64,000 bases of DNA, taken from positions 33,604,001 through 33,668,000 of the forward strand of contig NC_083283.1 of assembly GCF_963506605.1 (NCBI RefSeq). Direction: 5' to 3'. The stretch comes from Zootoca vivipara. Lineage: Eukaryota. The notes under the pieces are model-generated. The model ran no database searches, was not told where the DNA came from, and saw only the letters and a program-made list of their open reading frames with translations. The translations under genes were made by a program, and so were the position numbers. This document shows, in pieces, positions 41,050 through 54,718 of the stretch (the first letter of the stretch is position 1; each line of letters opens with the position of its first letter).

Positions 41050-44000
41050 TAAGATTGATAAGCATATATAGGAAATAAAAGCAGTTAATATTTAATAATC
41101 TTTCAGTGGTTTGAATTATTCATTTTTATGGGATAATTTAAAGTTAATATGCATGAATATATTTTTCTTTTTCTGTGGCCAAAGGAGATTAAGTCCCATT
41201 TCACTAAGTGGCTTTTACAACACTGTTTATCACACTTACTTTTATCTGTTTATTTACGGTATTTCATATACCGGTAATTTATATACTGCTTGATTGTAGG
41301 AAGAAAACCTCAAAGTGGTTTACAAAAAAAAAGATAAAACAATAACTTTGTCACTAAAAAAAAAATGCAACCATCATTTAAAACATATAGAAAGTTAAAA
41401 CCATAACGGAGTAGGCTGAAACATTTATCTAAGAGGATTAAACAGATCATGGACGGCAAGGTAATCAATGCTTATTAGTCATGATGACTATATATTACAT
41501 ACACGATCAGAGGATGCATGTCTCTCAGTATCACTTGCTGGGAAACAGTAGGAGAGGACTACTGCTCTCATGCGCAACTTTTGGGCTTCCTATAGACAAC
41601 TCTTTAACACCATAAGAAACAAGATGTAGGATGCATTTGGCTTAACATAGAAGGCGCTACTTAAGCTTTTTAAAAATTAAAATACTAATCCATGTGGTTA
41701 CTAGGTATAGGTTTCTGTGAGGAGGGAGCACCCCACTAGCTACTTCCTAGGGTGCAGATGTGATGCTCTGTCCTGTGCTATATATGAACCACCAAACAGA
41801 GAGTTAGCACTGTCAGCTCTGTGATCCTAATCACATATACACATGCCAAGGTTTCTCATTTTGTTCTATGCAACCAAGTGGCATGTATGCCAAAAAATGG
41901 ATCTCCTGTCTCCATGTCGTACAATATAGATCCCCCTTTATGCACATAACCATGGATTGTGGCCTATAGGTTCAGATTATAAGACTGTCACTTTTAAATA
42001 ACTAAAGTAGTACAATTCCTATTTATTTCAGAAGGCCTTACGCTGGTTCAGTGGGAATATGGTTGTAAATCTTTAATTTATTCAACCTTTTGCCATTATT
42101 GATTCTGACAACAAGATATCAAAAAGATGAATTCCTTCACTTCACAATTCCGTCAGGAACAAGAAAAAATATATAGATTTTCTGAAAGAGATAATGGCAG
42201 ACCGTCAGAATGATGACAAATTGCTGTCTACAGATGTAGTTAGGGCAGTTGAGCTAGACACAGCCGATAAAAATTGGAGTACACTGGTCAAATACAGGTT
42301 CTTAAATGGCCATCATTAATTGGGAAGAAGGCTGCTGCTAGTACTACGGATGTCATCTGAGGCTTTCACCTCCCACAGTTTGCCTAGAATATAATTTGCT
42401 CTTTAGTATTTTGTAGCAGACCTCTAAGTGATAGCATGACATGATCATTTATCAAACAGAGACTGCCCAAAAAAGTGTCTAGTCCCTTTAGTACAGCTTA
42501 TTGAAAGGCTGCAAAGTGAAAGCACTTTATTAGAGACAGGAAGGCAATGAACAACTAGAGCGTATCCAAAGGGTAATCATATTTCAACATGGGATTAGTA
42601 CCTTCTTAGATAAACATACAATGGCGTGAGCAGGTTCTGGATCATTTATCAAGTGAGTAGTAGTCAACAAAAATCTGGAAAATTATGTGGGTACATTCAT
42701 CAAAGTTTAGCTATTTACTTTGCAAGGTTCCAAGAAATATATACTATTTTACATTTTCAAAACCAGCTTTAGTTGAACTAATTTTTCAAGGGCATTCTAT
42801 TTTTTCATGTATATGAAGATGATTTCAATGGAATTTACAATGTAAATTTTGACATTTGTGGAGACAACAAAGGCAGAGTTTAGGTTGATAAGAGATTCAT
42901 GTGAGCCAGTGTAATTGCATGTACTTGGACTTTGTTTCAGTTTGGGAAATAAAATGCCAAATTGTCCAGACATGTAATTTACACCTTAAAGTTTAGATAT
43001 GCAAAACATTGTATTTGATATGAAAATATATCCTGATATATTTTTATATGTGAGAAACAATATGTGCATTTTTATTTAGTAATCAGAGCATAATATTATG
43101 CACATAACTATGAATAAAAACAGTTCCTTGAGGTTAATGTTACAGAAGCAGAATGTTTCTACAAATAGCTCATTGTGGGAAAGCTTAAAAAAAAATCTCC
43201 ATGTTGCTTTCCATGTTCTGCATGACTCTTCTGGCAAACTTGAAATTTAACAGTCCAAGGATTCTGGATTTTCCCAAATATGAAATACTTGCATCTGGTT
43301 TGTCTGGGTAACTGATACGACACTAGAAAACATTGAATAGCTTAAGATGTTCTGTTGTACATTGAAAAGTAACATTTCCAACCATTTAATCCAGCTAGGA
43401 CATAGCATGAAGCTTCTGTATGTATGTATGTCTGAAACTTGATAGAGAACCATACGTGTAGACAGGACCTGCCCATGCAGTTCCCCTCACTGATCCAAGA
43501 TCTGGTTCTGTCCAGGGGGAACCCTTTCAAAAACTTACCATTTTGCCACTCATCTATCTAGGAGCAGGGCAGGCACAACACACCTTTTGTCACATAACTG
43601 TACATGTGCATCCCTGTGTACTGAGCCACAAGTGTTTAGTGATAATCATTGTGAATGAAATGTAGGAATGCAAATACAGTAATAATAGATAATAACTTGG
43701 ATTCCGAAAAAAGCCAGTGGAAGAGGGTTGGCAGAATGTAAATTTCCTTCTCCCCTCCTCACTGACAGTCCTCTAAGAAGCCTCTCTTGAGGGTCAAATA
43801 CTATCCAGAATAAGGGGAGCACTGTGGCATGGGGGGTGAAAAGGGAGTTGCTAAAAATGAGGTGGAGGCATCATTAAGCAGGATCGCTACACACAGAATG
43901 TGCTCTGCTTGAATTTCAGTGGTTCTCCCCGCAGCCCACCTCATTCAGGAGGGCTGATGGGAAGGAAATCTGCCTTGTTAACATACTTATAACTCTCCCT

Positions 44001-44912
44001 TTGTCTGTAGAGATATCAGGGTGGCCTACAAAAATGTGAGTTAAAATTAGCCATGGCAAAACAGTATAGTGAGCAAAACTCTAAAAAAAAGTTAAAAACA
44101 AATAGAACAAACTAAACAGTAATCAACTTCCACTGGCACTTAGATCCTGAGATCTAAGTCACTGTAAAAGTTACAAAATTTTCAATAAGAGCGTCAAGAG
44201 AAAGAGAATTGTTAATATTTACACAGATGGAAGTGAAAGTTTTTCACAACTGGTGGAAAAAGCAAATTAGTTTCAATTCAGTTGCCAAGTGCTATTATTT
44301 CTGGCTGCTGACAACAGTATCCAGAAGAGCAATAAGGTACTTGAGCAGTGCATTTCCACAAGAATTCCCATATCTGCCAAATCTTATAAGTCATACAAGC
44401 CATGTTAATCTGTTTATATATTGTAGTAATATAAAAGAAAAACTAGGTCAGATTGCCCTTAATAAAAAAAAAACCCATACTAGATAAAGGTTATGTAAAA
44501 ACACAAAACTTTCCTTCTCCTAGCTCAGGCCAAGAAAATAACAGATGTGGAGGACATTTATTAATTTTATTCTAAATAATTGTAATGAAGGAATTGTCTA
44601 CCTGTGGCTTCCTCTCCATGAACAAACAACTCTGAATTCATTGGCAAGTGAAGGGTCTTTGTATATTGTAGAGTGCCATCAAAACCACCACCACCACCAC
44701 CACCAGTAGTAATATTCCAGTGCAATCTACCAAGGTTTCATATATATTCAGTCAGCTATATTATTGCCGGAATCCAGAGATACACCTCCACATATGGGGA
44801 GTCTATTTTCTTCATGTAGGCCCTAATGCAACTTGCTTGAGGAAAATCAAGCCATATATACAGATATTTTTGCATGTAAGCCCCTATAATTGAGCACATG
44901 TATTGTGCAACA

Positions 44913-44915
<3 letters not shown>

Positions 44916-44950
<35 letters not shown>
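44916..44950. repeat. (GT)n microsatellite
   Basis: About 17 tandem units. Confidence 0.95.
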
Positions 44951-44953
<3 letters not shown>

Positions 44954-45549
44954 GACCTGTGCAAGTGGTAGCTTTTAAAGATTAGACAGATTCATGAAGA
45001 AACAGGCTATTGATTACTGGGCATGATGACACTGCTCAGCTTCCACAGTTGGAGGCAGCAATGCTTCTCAATACAAGTTGCTGGAAACCACAGGAGGGGA
45101 AGAGTGCTCTTTTTTTTCCCCCAAATCCTGCTGGTTTCCCACAGGCCTCTGGTGGGCGACTGTGAGAAGAGGATGCTGGCTGAGATGGGCCACTGGTCTA
45201 ATGCAGCAGGCTCTTCTTATGTTCTTATGTGTTTCTAGTGTTCTGGATTTTGGCCTATATTTTACATTTTACCTTTACAGTAGAAAGTGAAGATCAAAGG
45301 GTTGAAATCATGTTTAAGGAACAATTATTAGAAGGTTGCTTTTTGGCTTTATGTGTAAAGCATTGTGTTTGTTTCTTAATTTAACATACCACATGCCATC
45401 ATGTTATTACTTTATAAAGGTAGCTGTGTAAATAACATTTCTTTAGAAAGTTTACATTTAATTGAATAAACAGAATTATGAATCCACTTAGTTACAGCAT
45501 TGACCTAAGTTAGCAAAAGTATTGACTTTCTTTTCTTTGGTATTTGCAG

Positions 45550-45667
45550 GACTTGGAGTTTGTGCTGGGTATATGGACCAACCTGCGCAAATTAGAGCTG
45601 AATGGAAATCCTGTTTGCCAGAAACCAAAATATAAGGACAGAGTTATACAGCAATCAAAATCCCTTG
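45550..45667 (+). CDS. PPP1R42: PPP1R42 coding exon 5 (LRR cap)
   Basis: DLEFVLGIWTNLRKLELNGNPVCQKPKYKDRVIQQSKSL; ttgcag/gtaaaa. Confidence 0.95.
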
Positions 45668-47235
45668 GTAAAATAATATACTTTCAGAGAGCACTTTTAT
45701 TTTACCAGAAATTAATCCATGCATTAAATCTGCAATCCAGTACACACTTACCTGGGAAGAAGTCCCACGATGGGGCTTACGTCTGAGTAGACATGTCTAG
45801 GATTGTGTTGCATACCATACAACAAATTTCCTGCAAATATGTAAGCTAAGTGGGTATAGGATTGTAGCCTTAGACTTATATATAGGCCAACAGATGTTAC
45901 TAGGTCACAAAAAATTACTAGTTTGCCTGTCCCATATACCTTATTGGTTGTTAGCAACCTTCAAAATACATTTTTAGTAGAAATAACTTGCTTAGACACC
46001 TGAGGCAATTCTTACTCTCCACAGGGGTCCAGGGAGAGGCCTATAACAAGCCACTACCTAATCCTATGTACATTTACTCAGAATCAAGCCCCACTGAATT
46101 AACGGGGGCTTCCTCTTAATAAATGTACAGAGGATTGCATTTTTTATCATCAGTTTTAATTTATTTTATCATGTGTTTATTCCACCATTTGTCTGAAGTT
46201 TGGCAGCTTTCACCCATGGTCCTCATAACTATTCATGGCTGAGCAGGGATTTCAATCTGGATATCCCCATTTTAGGTCTGGCACTTCGCCAGATTAATTT
46301 TCACATTCACTGACATATGTGTAATATGACATAATGGTTTCTCCTGCTCTTTTTGTTTCGTATAATAGTGCAAATTAAAAAGGGAGAAAACTGCTAAAAA
46401 TCCTACCAGAACAGACCCCACCTCCCAAATTTTATCTCCAACTTCAGCTGCTGCTGTACAACTGTAACAGCTATGTTTCTATACTGTCAGCTGAACAGAG
46501 GCATGCAGCATTGCTCTCTTGTCTTCAAAATTATCTTTAAGTCATATCTTATTTATTATTGTGGTTACAATCAAGATTTACTATAACAAAAAGAAATTAA
46601 TTGACCACAGAAAGGTTCTTAAAAAAAATAAATGCAGCAATAATATAGAATCTTGTTGAAATAAAACTCTCCTAAAAGTAAGCAGTAATAATTCCAGGCA
46701 GACCTCCCATGACTCTTCCAAATTTTGGGTGCCACAGACAAAGAAGCCCTGTCTGAAATATCCAATTGAGAAATGTCTGCTGTATTTCTTATGAAGAATG
46801 AAGCCTTCAAGCTCACACGGAGGAAAGCACACAGTCACCTGCCAGAATCAGGTTGTGCAGATAGAACTACTACAGAAGCCCTTAGGATGCAACCCAGGAT
46901 GCTGGCACAGCCACTCTCTTCCCCCGTGAAACCTTTCCTATATTCTGCCAAAGAACTGGCAGAGCACTGGTGGTGGTTGTGCTACCCCACAGTAGGGCTC
47001 ACATCACTGAAGCATGGAGATGAGATTTTCTCTTGTGCTAGGAATCTAGCACCTATACCATAGCAGGTGGAGATTAGGGAAACAAACTGGTGTTTCAGGT
47101 CTGGCATAACCATTGATGGTGAAAGAACAATTCATACTGAGGCAAAAGTTTCTCCATGGTATTGACTTCCTAAGAATACTAGAGCCACATCTAGAAAAGG
47201 ATTGGGTAAGCCAGAGTTAATCAGCATTTTCTTGA

Positions 47236-47415
<180 letters not shown>

Positions 47416-47481
47416 TGATCATTTACAGAATTAAGACAATAGGCTGTTTAGAAGGAAAAGGTTATAATGCTTTTAAGATTA

Positions 47482-47724
47482 CAGTGGTACCTCTACTTAC
47501 AAATTTAACGCGTTCCGAACGCACGTTTGTAAGTCGAAAAAATGTGTAAGTCGAATCCCATAGGAATGCATTGGGAGAAAAAAATCGTAAGTCGAAGCAA
47601 CCCTATCTAAAAATTCATAAGTAGAAAAAATCCTATCTAAACCGCATCCAAGATGGCGGGGGGAGCTCCGTTCGCAAGTAGAAACATTCGTAAGTAGAGT
47701 TATTCGTAAGTAGAGGTACCACTG
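47482..47724. mobile_element. Tc1/mariner-type MITE
   Basis: TA|CAGTGGTACCTCTACTTAC...GTAAGTAGAGGTACCACTG|TA, 19-bp perfect TIR. Confidence 0.9.
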
Positions 47725-47964
47725 TACTCCTGGGAGTGTTCAGTCTTTTTGGTGAATGCTGGGGGGGGGGGGTCAACTGGCATGGCCAACACTTCTTCTG
47801 AAGCAGTTCTCAAAAGGATTGCTCCTAGAAGCTCTCTTCAACATTTAAAACCCAGATGGCTCCCTGGAATTCCCTAGGAACCTAAATTCAAGGAACAAGA
47901 AGAGTGATGGCTAGATGAATCTGACCAAACATGGTTACAAGCTCATCTTTGTGTCTACTGTGTG

Positions 47965-48171
47965 CAGTGGCGGAGCTTCATGCTCCGGCACCGGGGGGCG
48001 GGGGCGGAGAGCAGACAGGGGCGTGGCTGGCACACGTCCCAGGGCTATGGCACGCCACCCACAGGAGCGTGGCGCCCAGCGCAAGCGGGGGGACAGCCGC
48101 GATGGCACCGCAGCGGGATCGTGCTGCCGGGGGCGGGGTGCTCCCCCCACCCCCCTCTTCCTCCGCTAGTG
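47965..48171. mobile_element. GC-rich hAT MITE
   Basis: CAGTGGCGGAG...CTCCGCTAGTG TIRs, perfect TSD ACTGTGTG. Confidence 0.85.
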
Positions 48172-48519
48172 ACTGTGTGGCAGTGGTTATGGGCTTCTCT
48201 GCCACTATTACATCTTAAGGTAGCCATCCAGCAGTTTTCCTTTGTGGTAAAGGGTTTTCTCAGATGAAGGGGTTTGTCCCATTAATGGCCTGCTATGACA
48301 AATTTGCCAGGCACTTCAATAGTAAAGTTACTCAGATGCATTCTAAATTGGATGCTAAGTTTAGTTGTCCTATAGAGCCTTCCAGAGGACTGACTGGTCC
48401 ACTGTTACGAATCAGTTTCAATTACTGCAACACAAGGACATGGACAAGTTGCTCTATTGTATGTAGTAGCCAATCATGTGCCTTCTCCTCCTGGTTGGTA
48501 AGATCAAGCTGAAAGGCAG

Positions 48520-49820
48520 CTTCAGGCATGCTCAGATGAAAGCAACTAGACCCATTTCAGTCTGACTGCATGCCAGGTTTAGTGACTGAAACTGCTTTGG
48601 TTGCCCTGGTCAGTGACATTTGTCAAGAGAATAACTGGGAGTGTGTGGCCCTATTGATTCTCTTTGATTACTCAGTGACTTTTGGTACTATTGGCAATGG
48701 TATACTGCAGTGCTTTCATTTCTATCTCCAAGGACAGTTCCAGAGAACAGCATTGGATGACTTCTGCTTGACCTGTAGGGGTTGTCCTGTTGAGTTCTGT
48801 AGGCTTAAATCTTGTTGCAGATGCTATTTAATATCTATATAAAGCCATTGGGAACAGCCATCAGGGGATTTGGAGCAACTTGTCATCAGTATGTTGATGA
48901 CACCCAACTCTGTCTCTCTGTTCCATCAGTACCAGAAGAGGCAATGCAGGCCCTGAACCAGTGTCTATCTGAAGGCAGTAATGTGCTGAATGTGGATCAG
49001 TAAATTGAAGATGAATCCAGGCAAGCCACAGATATTGTGGGTGGGTAGTTCTCTTGCCCAGGAGTTGGCAGAACTTGGGGTTGCACTTGAACAACAAGGT
49101 GCATCATTTGGGGGTGCTTTTGGAACAATCTTTGTCATTTACGACTAGGAGAGCTTATGTCCATTTTGGCTGGTATGCCAACTACAGCTATTTCTGGATA
49201 GGGATATTCTAGCCATGGTTGTTATTGTGATGTCCAAATTGGATTTTAATGCATTCTTTCTAGGACTGTACTTGAAGGTGTTCCAGAAATTTTAACTAGT
49301 GCAGAATGCTAGTAGGGGTAGCACACTGTGAGCATATTTTAAAAGAGCTGCATCAGTTGTCAATTGTTTTCTGGGTCCAGTTGAAGTTGCTTACTTTGAC
49401 ATGTAAAGCCCTAAGTGGCCTGGAACAGAAATGTATGAAAGAATGCATTTTGCTGTATTGACATGCCCATGCTCTCTTCTTTGTAACCTCTAAATGGGAT
49501 GAAATACATTGTGAGAGGACCTGCTGAAGGGCCTCTTCATTGGTGGCTCCTTGTGTGGAATTCCCTCCCCAGTGGTCTTATTCCTATATACTTTTGGGCC
49601 ATAAGTTCAGATTCAATTTTTTCGGAAACCATTTAGAAGATGAGAGACCTGACTGGAAAAATAGCTTAGCTTGCTGCTGGTGGTATTACTAAATTGTTGT
49701 ATTGCTTTGTTATTTATTTGGGGGTTGTGTTATTTTATGCTTTGTTTTTACATTGTCTGATTTTGTTGCCCTGTGGCTTGTACGAAGTGCAATAGATAAA
49801 TCTTCTAAATAAATAAACAA
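48520..49820 (+). mobile_element. Old L2 LINE fragment
   Basis: Decayed RT motifs TETALVALVSD, LFNIYIKPLG and QYVDDTQL; boundaries approximate. Confidence 0.8.
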
Positions 49821-50400
49821 AGTCTACTCACCCTTTTTGATAATCCAGTAAAATGATTGATGAATGGGTTATTTATCTTCTGTAGCAAATCTTCAAAATA
49901 TTTTATAGGAACAGTTTTGAATTACATTTACCCAGTACCGTATTTTAAAAGTTTATGTACTTTTATCGTGTATTTGAGCAGTACAGTAATAGTATTGCTG
50001 CCTGTAGATAGTCACTGTGTAAAAGTAGTTTTTTAAAAATAATAGTAATCATTATTTACCTATTTATGTCACTTTCCACAGTCTTAGTTTGTAAAATGAG
50101 TAACAGAGCAAAGGCTTCTCTTTCACCATCATTTTTCTGCTACTTCCAATTTCTAACTGAAAATTCTGCTTGGATAATGTTCTCAGGCACTTTGACATAA
50201 AACATGCAGTAATGTTTATAGTTTATTTTTGGAAAAATGCTATACTTACATACATTATCCATGGTTCTGTTAAATTATATTTCCACTTTATCTAGTTATT
50301 ATATATTTTGCAGGTGTAACCATGTCTTCATTGTTTTGGTTAATATTTCAGAAAAAAAGTTTTTGAATGATTAATGCATGCATGTTTTTGTACCCTCCAG

Positions 50401-50557
50401 ATAATAATGACAAAGTCCACCCCCATTTTCCTATTTACTATTTCCCAATGACCAAAGAAAAACCAAATTTTGCAATTTTGTCTGAGATGCATAGATCTGC
50501 TTATAGTAAAGAATCCCATCGAACCATCCATGAAGAAAGAGTTACTGAGAAAATCAG
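50401..50557 (+). CDS. PPP1R42: PPP1R42 coding exon 7
   Basis: DNNDKVHPHFPIYYFPMTKEKPNFAILSEMHRSAYSKESHRTIHEERVTEKI resembles human [21 protein letters not shown]; ctccag/gtatgt; phases fit. Confidence 0.85.
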
Positions 50558-51490
50558 GTATGTTTCTTGTAGCACACCTTTGGAGTCCATCAGTGTATGA
50601 AACTTCTGCATAACTGAAAGTTCTGCATAAATGAGGGGCTGGAAGTGCACTGTTTAGAGAGATGGGTTCACAGAGGTTAATCCACTAAAATTTATATTGA
50701 CAAGAGAATGCATACTAATAAAGAGAGGGAGGTTCAGCTTCCTGTGTACAGCTGTAGCACACAGGGACTATTTTGTTGATATTTGAACAATTTTTGTTTT
50801 TTAAGTTCTTCTTTTTTCTATTTCATATTTTTAGCCAAATTCTGGTTTAGGCTGATCACATTTTGTAACTGATAGGGCCAAACTAGATACGTGTAACATT
50901 ATTGTGATGGTCCTTTTTAAATAGGAATGTCATTTATGGTAGTGTGTTGTGTGTGCGCGGGGCGGGGCGGGGCGGGGCGGATTTCCAATCTATATTTTGA
51001 AGTAACTGGGGGGGAAAGCCCCTTATAGGGTGATTGGAGTGAAGAAACAGCACTTCTCCAATACTGTTTACTGTGAAAGCCTGGAAGGAGAGCTCAATTG
51101 ATCCTTCTGCCAATCCACTCCTGTGTCCAGTCACATCTGCCCTTGCATTTGAAACTAGGTCAGTATGTTGGGAAATAAAAGAAAAATTTACACAAATTGT
51201 GAAATTATTTCCTAAATTTTATTACTGTTCTTTAAATGTTTCTGATATTTGCATTGCATAGTAAGCTGTATTAGAGTTAACCAATGTTTTAGGGCAGAAA
51301 ATTCAGATTTTATTTTCAGTACTTCCAGCCCCACAATCTACTCCTTCCCTTGCTTGTTGATACTTTGCTAGACTACATGACTGATAAGAGTGGTACAGAA
51401 TCACCACAATCCAAAATTTCTGATAGCCCACGCTGATAACTTGCTGATCTACATGGCAAACCGAATCAGTAGCCTACTGACTGTGTAGAC

Positions 51491-51626
51491 CAGGCATCCC
51501 CAAACTGTGGCCCTCCAGATGTTTTGGCCTACAACTCCCATGATCCCTAGCTAACAGGACCAGTGGTCGGGGAAGATGGGAATTGTAGTCCAAAACATCT
51601 GGAGGGCCGAAGTTTGGGGGTGCCTG
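51491..51626. mobile_element. hAT MITE, same family as 6731-6857
   Basis: CAGGCATCCCCAAACT...AGTTTGGGGGTGCCTG; TSD GTGTAGAC/GTGTAAAC. Confidence 0.9.
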
Positions 51627-52356
51627 GTGTAAACTGTATATGCAGCTGATTCTAATGCATGTCTGTATTTTTTTCTCAACACAGCTAGTAGCAATGAGGG
51701 TAATTTAAAACAAGAAATGGAGTATGAAGTTAAACTTCCCAGAACCACTTCCTGGACCTAGGTGTAGGCTTCTTGCACATGTATTTTTTAAAGCCAGGAG
51801 ATCCATGGCCTTAAAACTGCTCTTATGCATCGTATATAGGATGTGATCCAAGGATATCTGAGTGTACCAGTAAACTGTGAAACTATCATTGAACTCAAGG
51901 ATTCTCCCTTCGTCCTTCACTACTGAAAGTGCAAATCGTCTCTTGCAGTGAGAGGAAACCACATGCTGGACTCAGCTTTGATAGTTTCTGGGGGAAGTGA
52001 GGACTAGGCTAACGGCACTGATTTTCTATTCAGTAATATGTGCGCACTGCAGAAGACCACATGAGCATGGTTGAATTCTGAATGTGCCTTCCCTAAGTTG
52101 CCTGGCAGTAGCATTCTGTGCTCCTGTTAGGATAAATCTCCCAGTGGAAACCTGTCTCCACAGCAGACCGCCCTAGTTGGGCTTTACAGTTAGACAGAGA
52201 ACAGACTCCTTTATCAGAATGATCTGGAAAACATTTGGATTGCCAGAATTAAGATAAATGGGGAATTTTTAAATGTAAAATACAGAGAATACATCTGTGC
52301 AAAGAACACAAAAGAAATACAGATATCAGGCATTGGGTAACTGAAATTCAGATAAT

Positions 52357-52630
52357 AAGTAAAATAAAAAAATTCCTTCAGTAGCACCTTAAAGACCAAC
52401 TAAGTTTTTATTTTGGTATGAGCTTTCGTGTGCATGCACACTTCTTCAGATAGAGAAGGGGTGGGGAGGGGTGGGGATGCCTGGGGACTTCTATTTCACT
52501 GTATCTGAAGAAGTGTGCATGCACACGAAAGCTCATACCAAAATAAAAACTTAGTTGGTCTTTAAGGTGCTACTGAAGGAATTTTTTTATTTTACTTCGA
52601 CCCAGACCAACACGGCTACCTACCTGTAAC
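52357..52630. mobile_element. Penelope-like retroelement remnant with inverted terminal duplication
   Basis: 96-bp inverted repeat (52357-52452 and 52502-52597) containing CTGAAGAAG...CGAAAGCTCAT...GTTGGTCTTTAAGGTGCTAC; flanked by direct repeat CAGATAATAAGT. Confidence 0.75.
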
Positions 52631-53029
52631 CAGATAATAAGTGTTCTGCATTTTCATTTGCATAGCACATATCTTTCTAGTCCTAACGACAGTATATCAA
52701 GCAGTCATTAAGAATACATTTCCATACCCACAGTCTGGGAGTAAGTGTCATTGAACTTGAGGTTTTGTGTTCTGAGTAGACATGCCACAAGATTGTGCTG
52801 TACACTCAAATGCATATTTTTTACTTATAGAAACCAATGATTGTATGTTCTATCTAGCGGCATTACAGTTTGCATTGTGTAGGGATTTTTTAGATTTAAC
52901 ATTTAGGCTGAAATCCTGTGCATACTTACTGTGCATTAATATCCATTGAACAAAATGGTATTTATTTCTGAGTAAACATACATAGGATTGTACCATTGAA
53001 CATATATACTGTACTGGGGACTATACTGT

Positions 53030-54160
53030 TTATTTAACATCTACAAAAAGCTGTTAGGAGCGAACCTCAGGATATTTAAAATGTGGTGTCAGCAATATGC
53101 TGATGATATCCAGCTCTATTTCTTTGTTACAGTTGAATCAGATGTAACTGTACAGGTTCTGAACCTGTGTCTGGATGTAATAATGAGAGCAAGTAATTTG
53201 AAATTGAATCCTTACAGGGTGGGAGTGGGTGGGTGGGTGGTTCCAGGGTCCAGCAGTTGGGTGACGTGACTGTTCTGGATGGGGTTGCTCTCCCTTCTAA
53301 AGAAGGAAGCACACACTTTGGGAGTGTAGCTTGATTCATTTCTGTCTTTGGAATCCCAAGTGGCTATGATGGCTAGGACTAGGAGTACCACACATCAGCA
53401 TTGCTGTAACCTATTCCTGGACCCAAATAACTTGGCCACTGTGGCCATGCATTGGTAACATCAAGAACAAACTACTGTACTGTAATAATGTGCTCTATGT
53501 GGAGCTTTCCTTAAGCTTGGTCTGTAAACTGCAGAATGCTGCTACTATGTTACTCTGCGGGGTGTCCAATTATATTGAAATTGAAATTGAAATACTTTGT
53601 CACTTGTACAACTTGTATACAGTGGGATTACATAAGCACCCCCAATCAATGTGTATATTGCACTACTTCTAAGGGAGCTGCACTGGCTCCCAATAAGCTA
53701 CCAGGCCAGGTTCTAAGTTTCTAAGTTTTGGTTTTTGTCTATAAAGGCCTAGACGACTTGGGGCTAGAAAACCTACAGGAGCATCTTTTTCCTTACTGCT
53801 CTGTTCATGCATTTTATTCAGCTGAGGAGGCCCTCTTAGTTATACCACAGTCTCAATGAGTAAAAACTAAGGAGAGAGCCTCTGCAGCAGCCCTCTTTTT
53901 ATGGAACCACCTCCCCTCTCACAAGCACCAACACTGATGATATTTTGGTGCTTGTTAAAAACACAACTGTACTCAGGCTTTTCCTCACATTTAATGTGGA
54001 GGAGTCAGATACTGATTTCCTTCGGGTTACCAGCTACAATCATATTCATTTCATTATGATTTTGCTGTTTGAACAGTTTCATTGTGATTGGTGTTTTATA
54101 CTTGTGCACACCAGCTCAATGCAGATTGTAATAGGTAGTAGGTAAAATATTTTTATAAAT
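53030..54160 (+). mobile_element. Old L2 LINE fragment
   Basis: CQQYADDIQLYF, LKLNP and KLQNAA motifs; boundaries approximate. Confidence 0.75.
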
Positions 54161-54420
54161 AAATATATCCATTTATAGTGCACTTCTATACATACCAGTA
54201 ATCTGTTTAGAAGAATGTGGGTATAGGATTCCAGCCTTAATGTACTGCCAGAAAAAAATGTATGTGGAATATGGTATATTGAACACTTATGCAGAATTTA
54301 ACAGAAGCTAAAGCATAGAATATAAACACATCTATGGAGGCAAATGACACCAAACTGTTATTGTATCCAGAATTATTTTTATATTTAAAATAATTGCTTT
54401 ACAATGTTTTGTTCATGTAG

Positions 54421-54490
54421 CCATTCACCCCTGAAGAATCCTCAGAAAAGCTTGTCTGAACCTCACCTCCTAAGACAAATGCCTCTTTAA
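54421..54490 (+). CDS. PPP1R42: PPP1R42 last coding exon (TAA 54488-54490); full CDS 1029 nt, 342 aa
   Basis: HSPLKNPQKSLSEPHLLRQMPL*; EPHLL matches the remembered human C-terminal motif; tgtag acceptor in the required phase 2. Confidence 0.8.
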
Positions 54491-54712
54491 GAAGATACTG
54501 GAAAAGCAACATCTTTTTGTGTTATCAAGAGAACAAATGAGTGCATCAAACCAACTATGAAGAAAAATTGAATGTAGTGGGGAAAGTTTTATATTTTAAT
54601 CAGAAAACACAAAGGCATGTTTTAACAGTTTTTCATTGCTGGCACAGTAATTTTTCATAATACAAAAGCAGTATTTTGTATAACAGATCCAATATATCTA
54701 TGTAACTTCATA

Positions 54713-54718
54713 AATAAA
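54713..54718 (+). terminator. PPP1R42: Probable PPP1R42 polyadenylation signal
   Basis: AATAAA about 220 nt after the stop. Confidence 0.6.

Noticed and set aside
42000-43100. Possible C/D snoRNA (ATGATGA near 42210) or decayed transposase
   Set aside because: No convincing terminal stem or D-box spacing; frames are short with no motif I can identify
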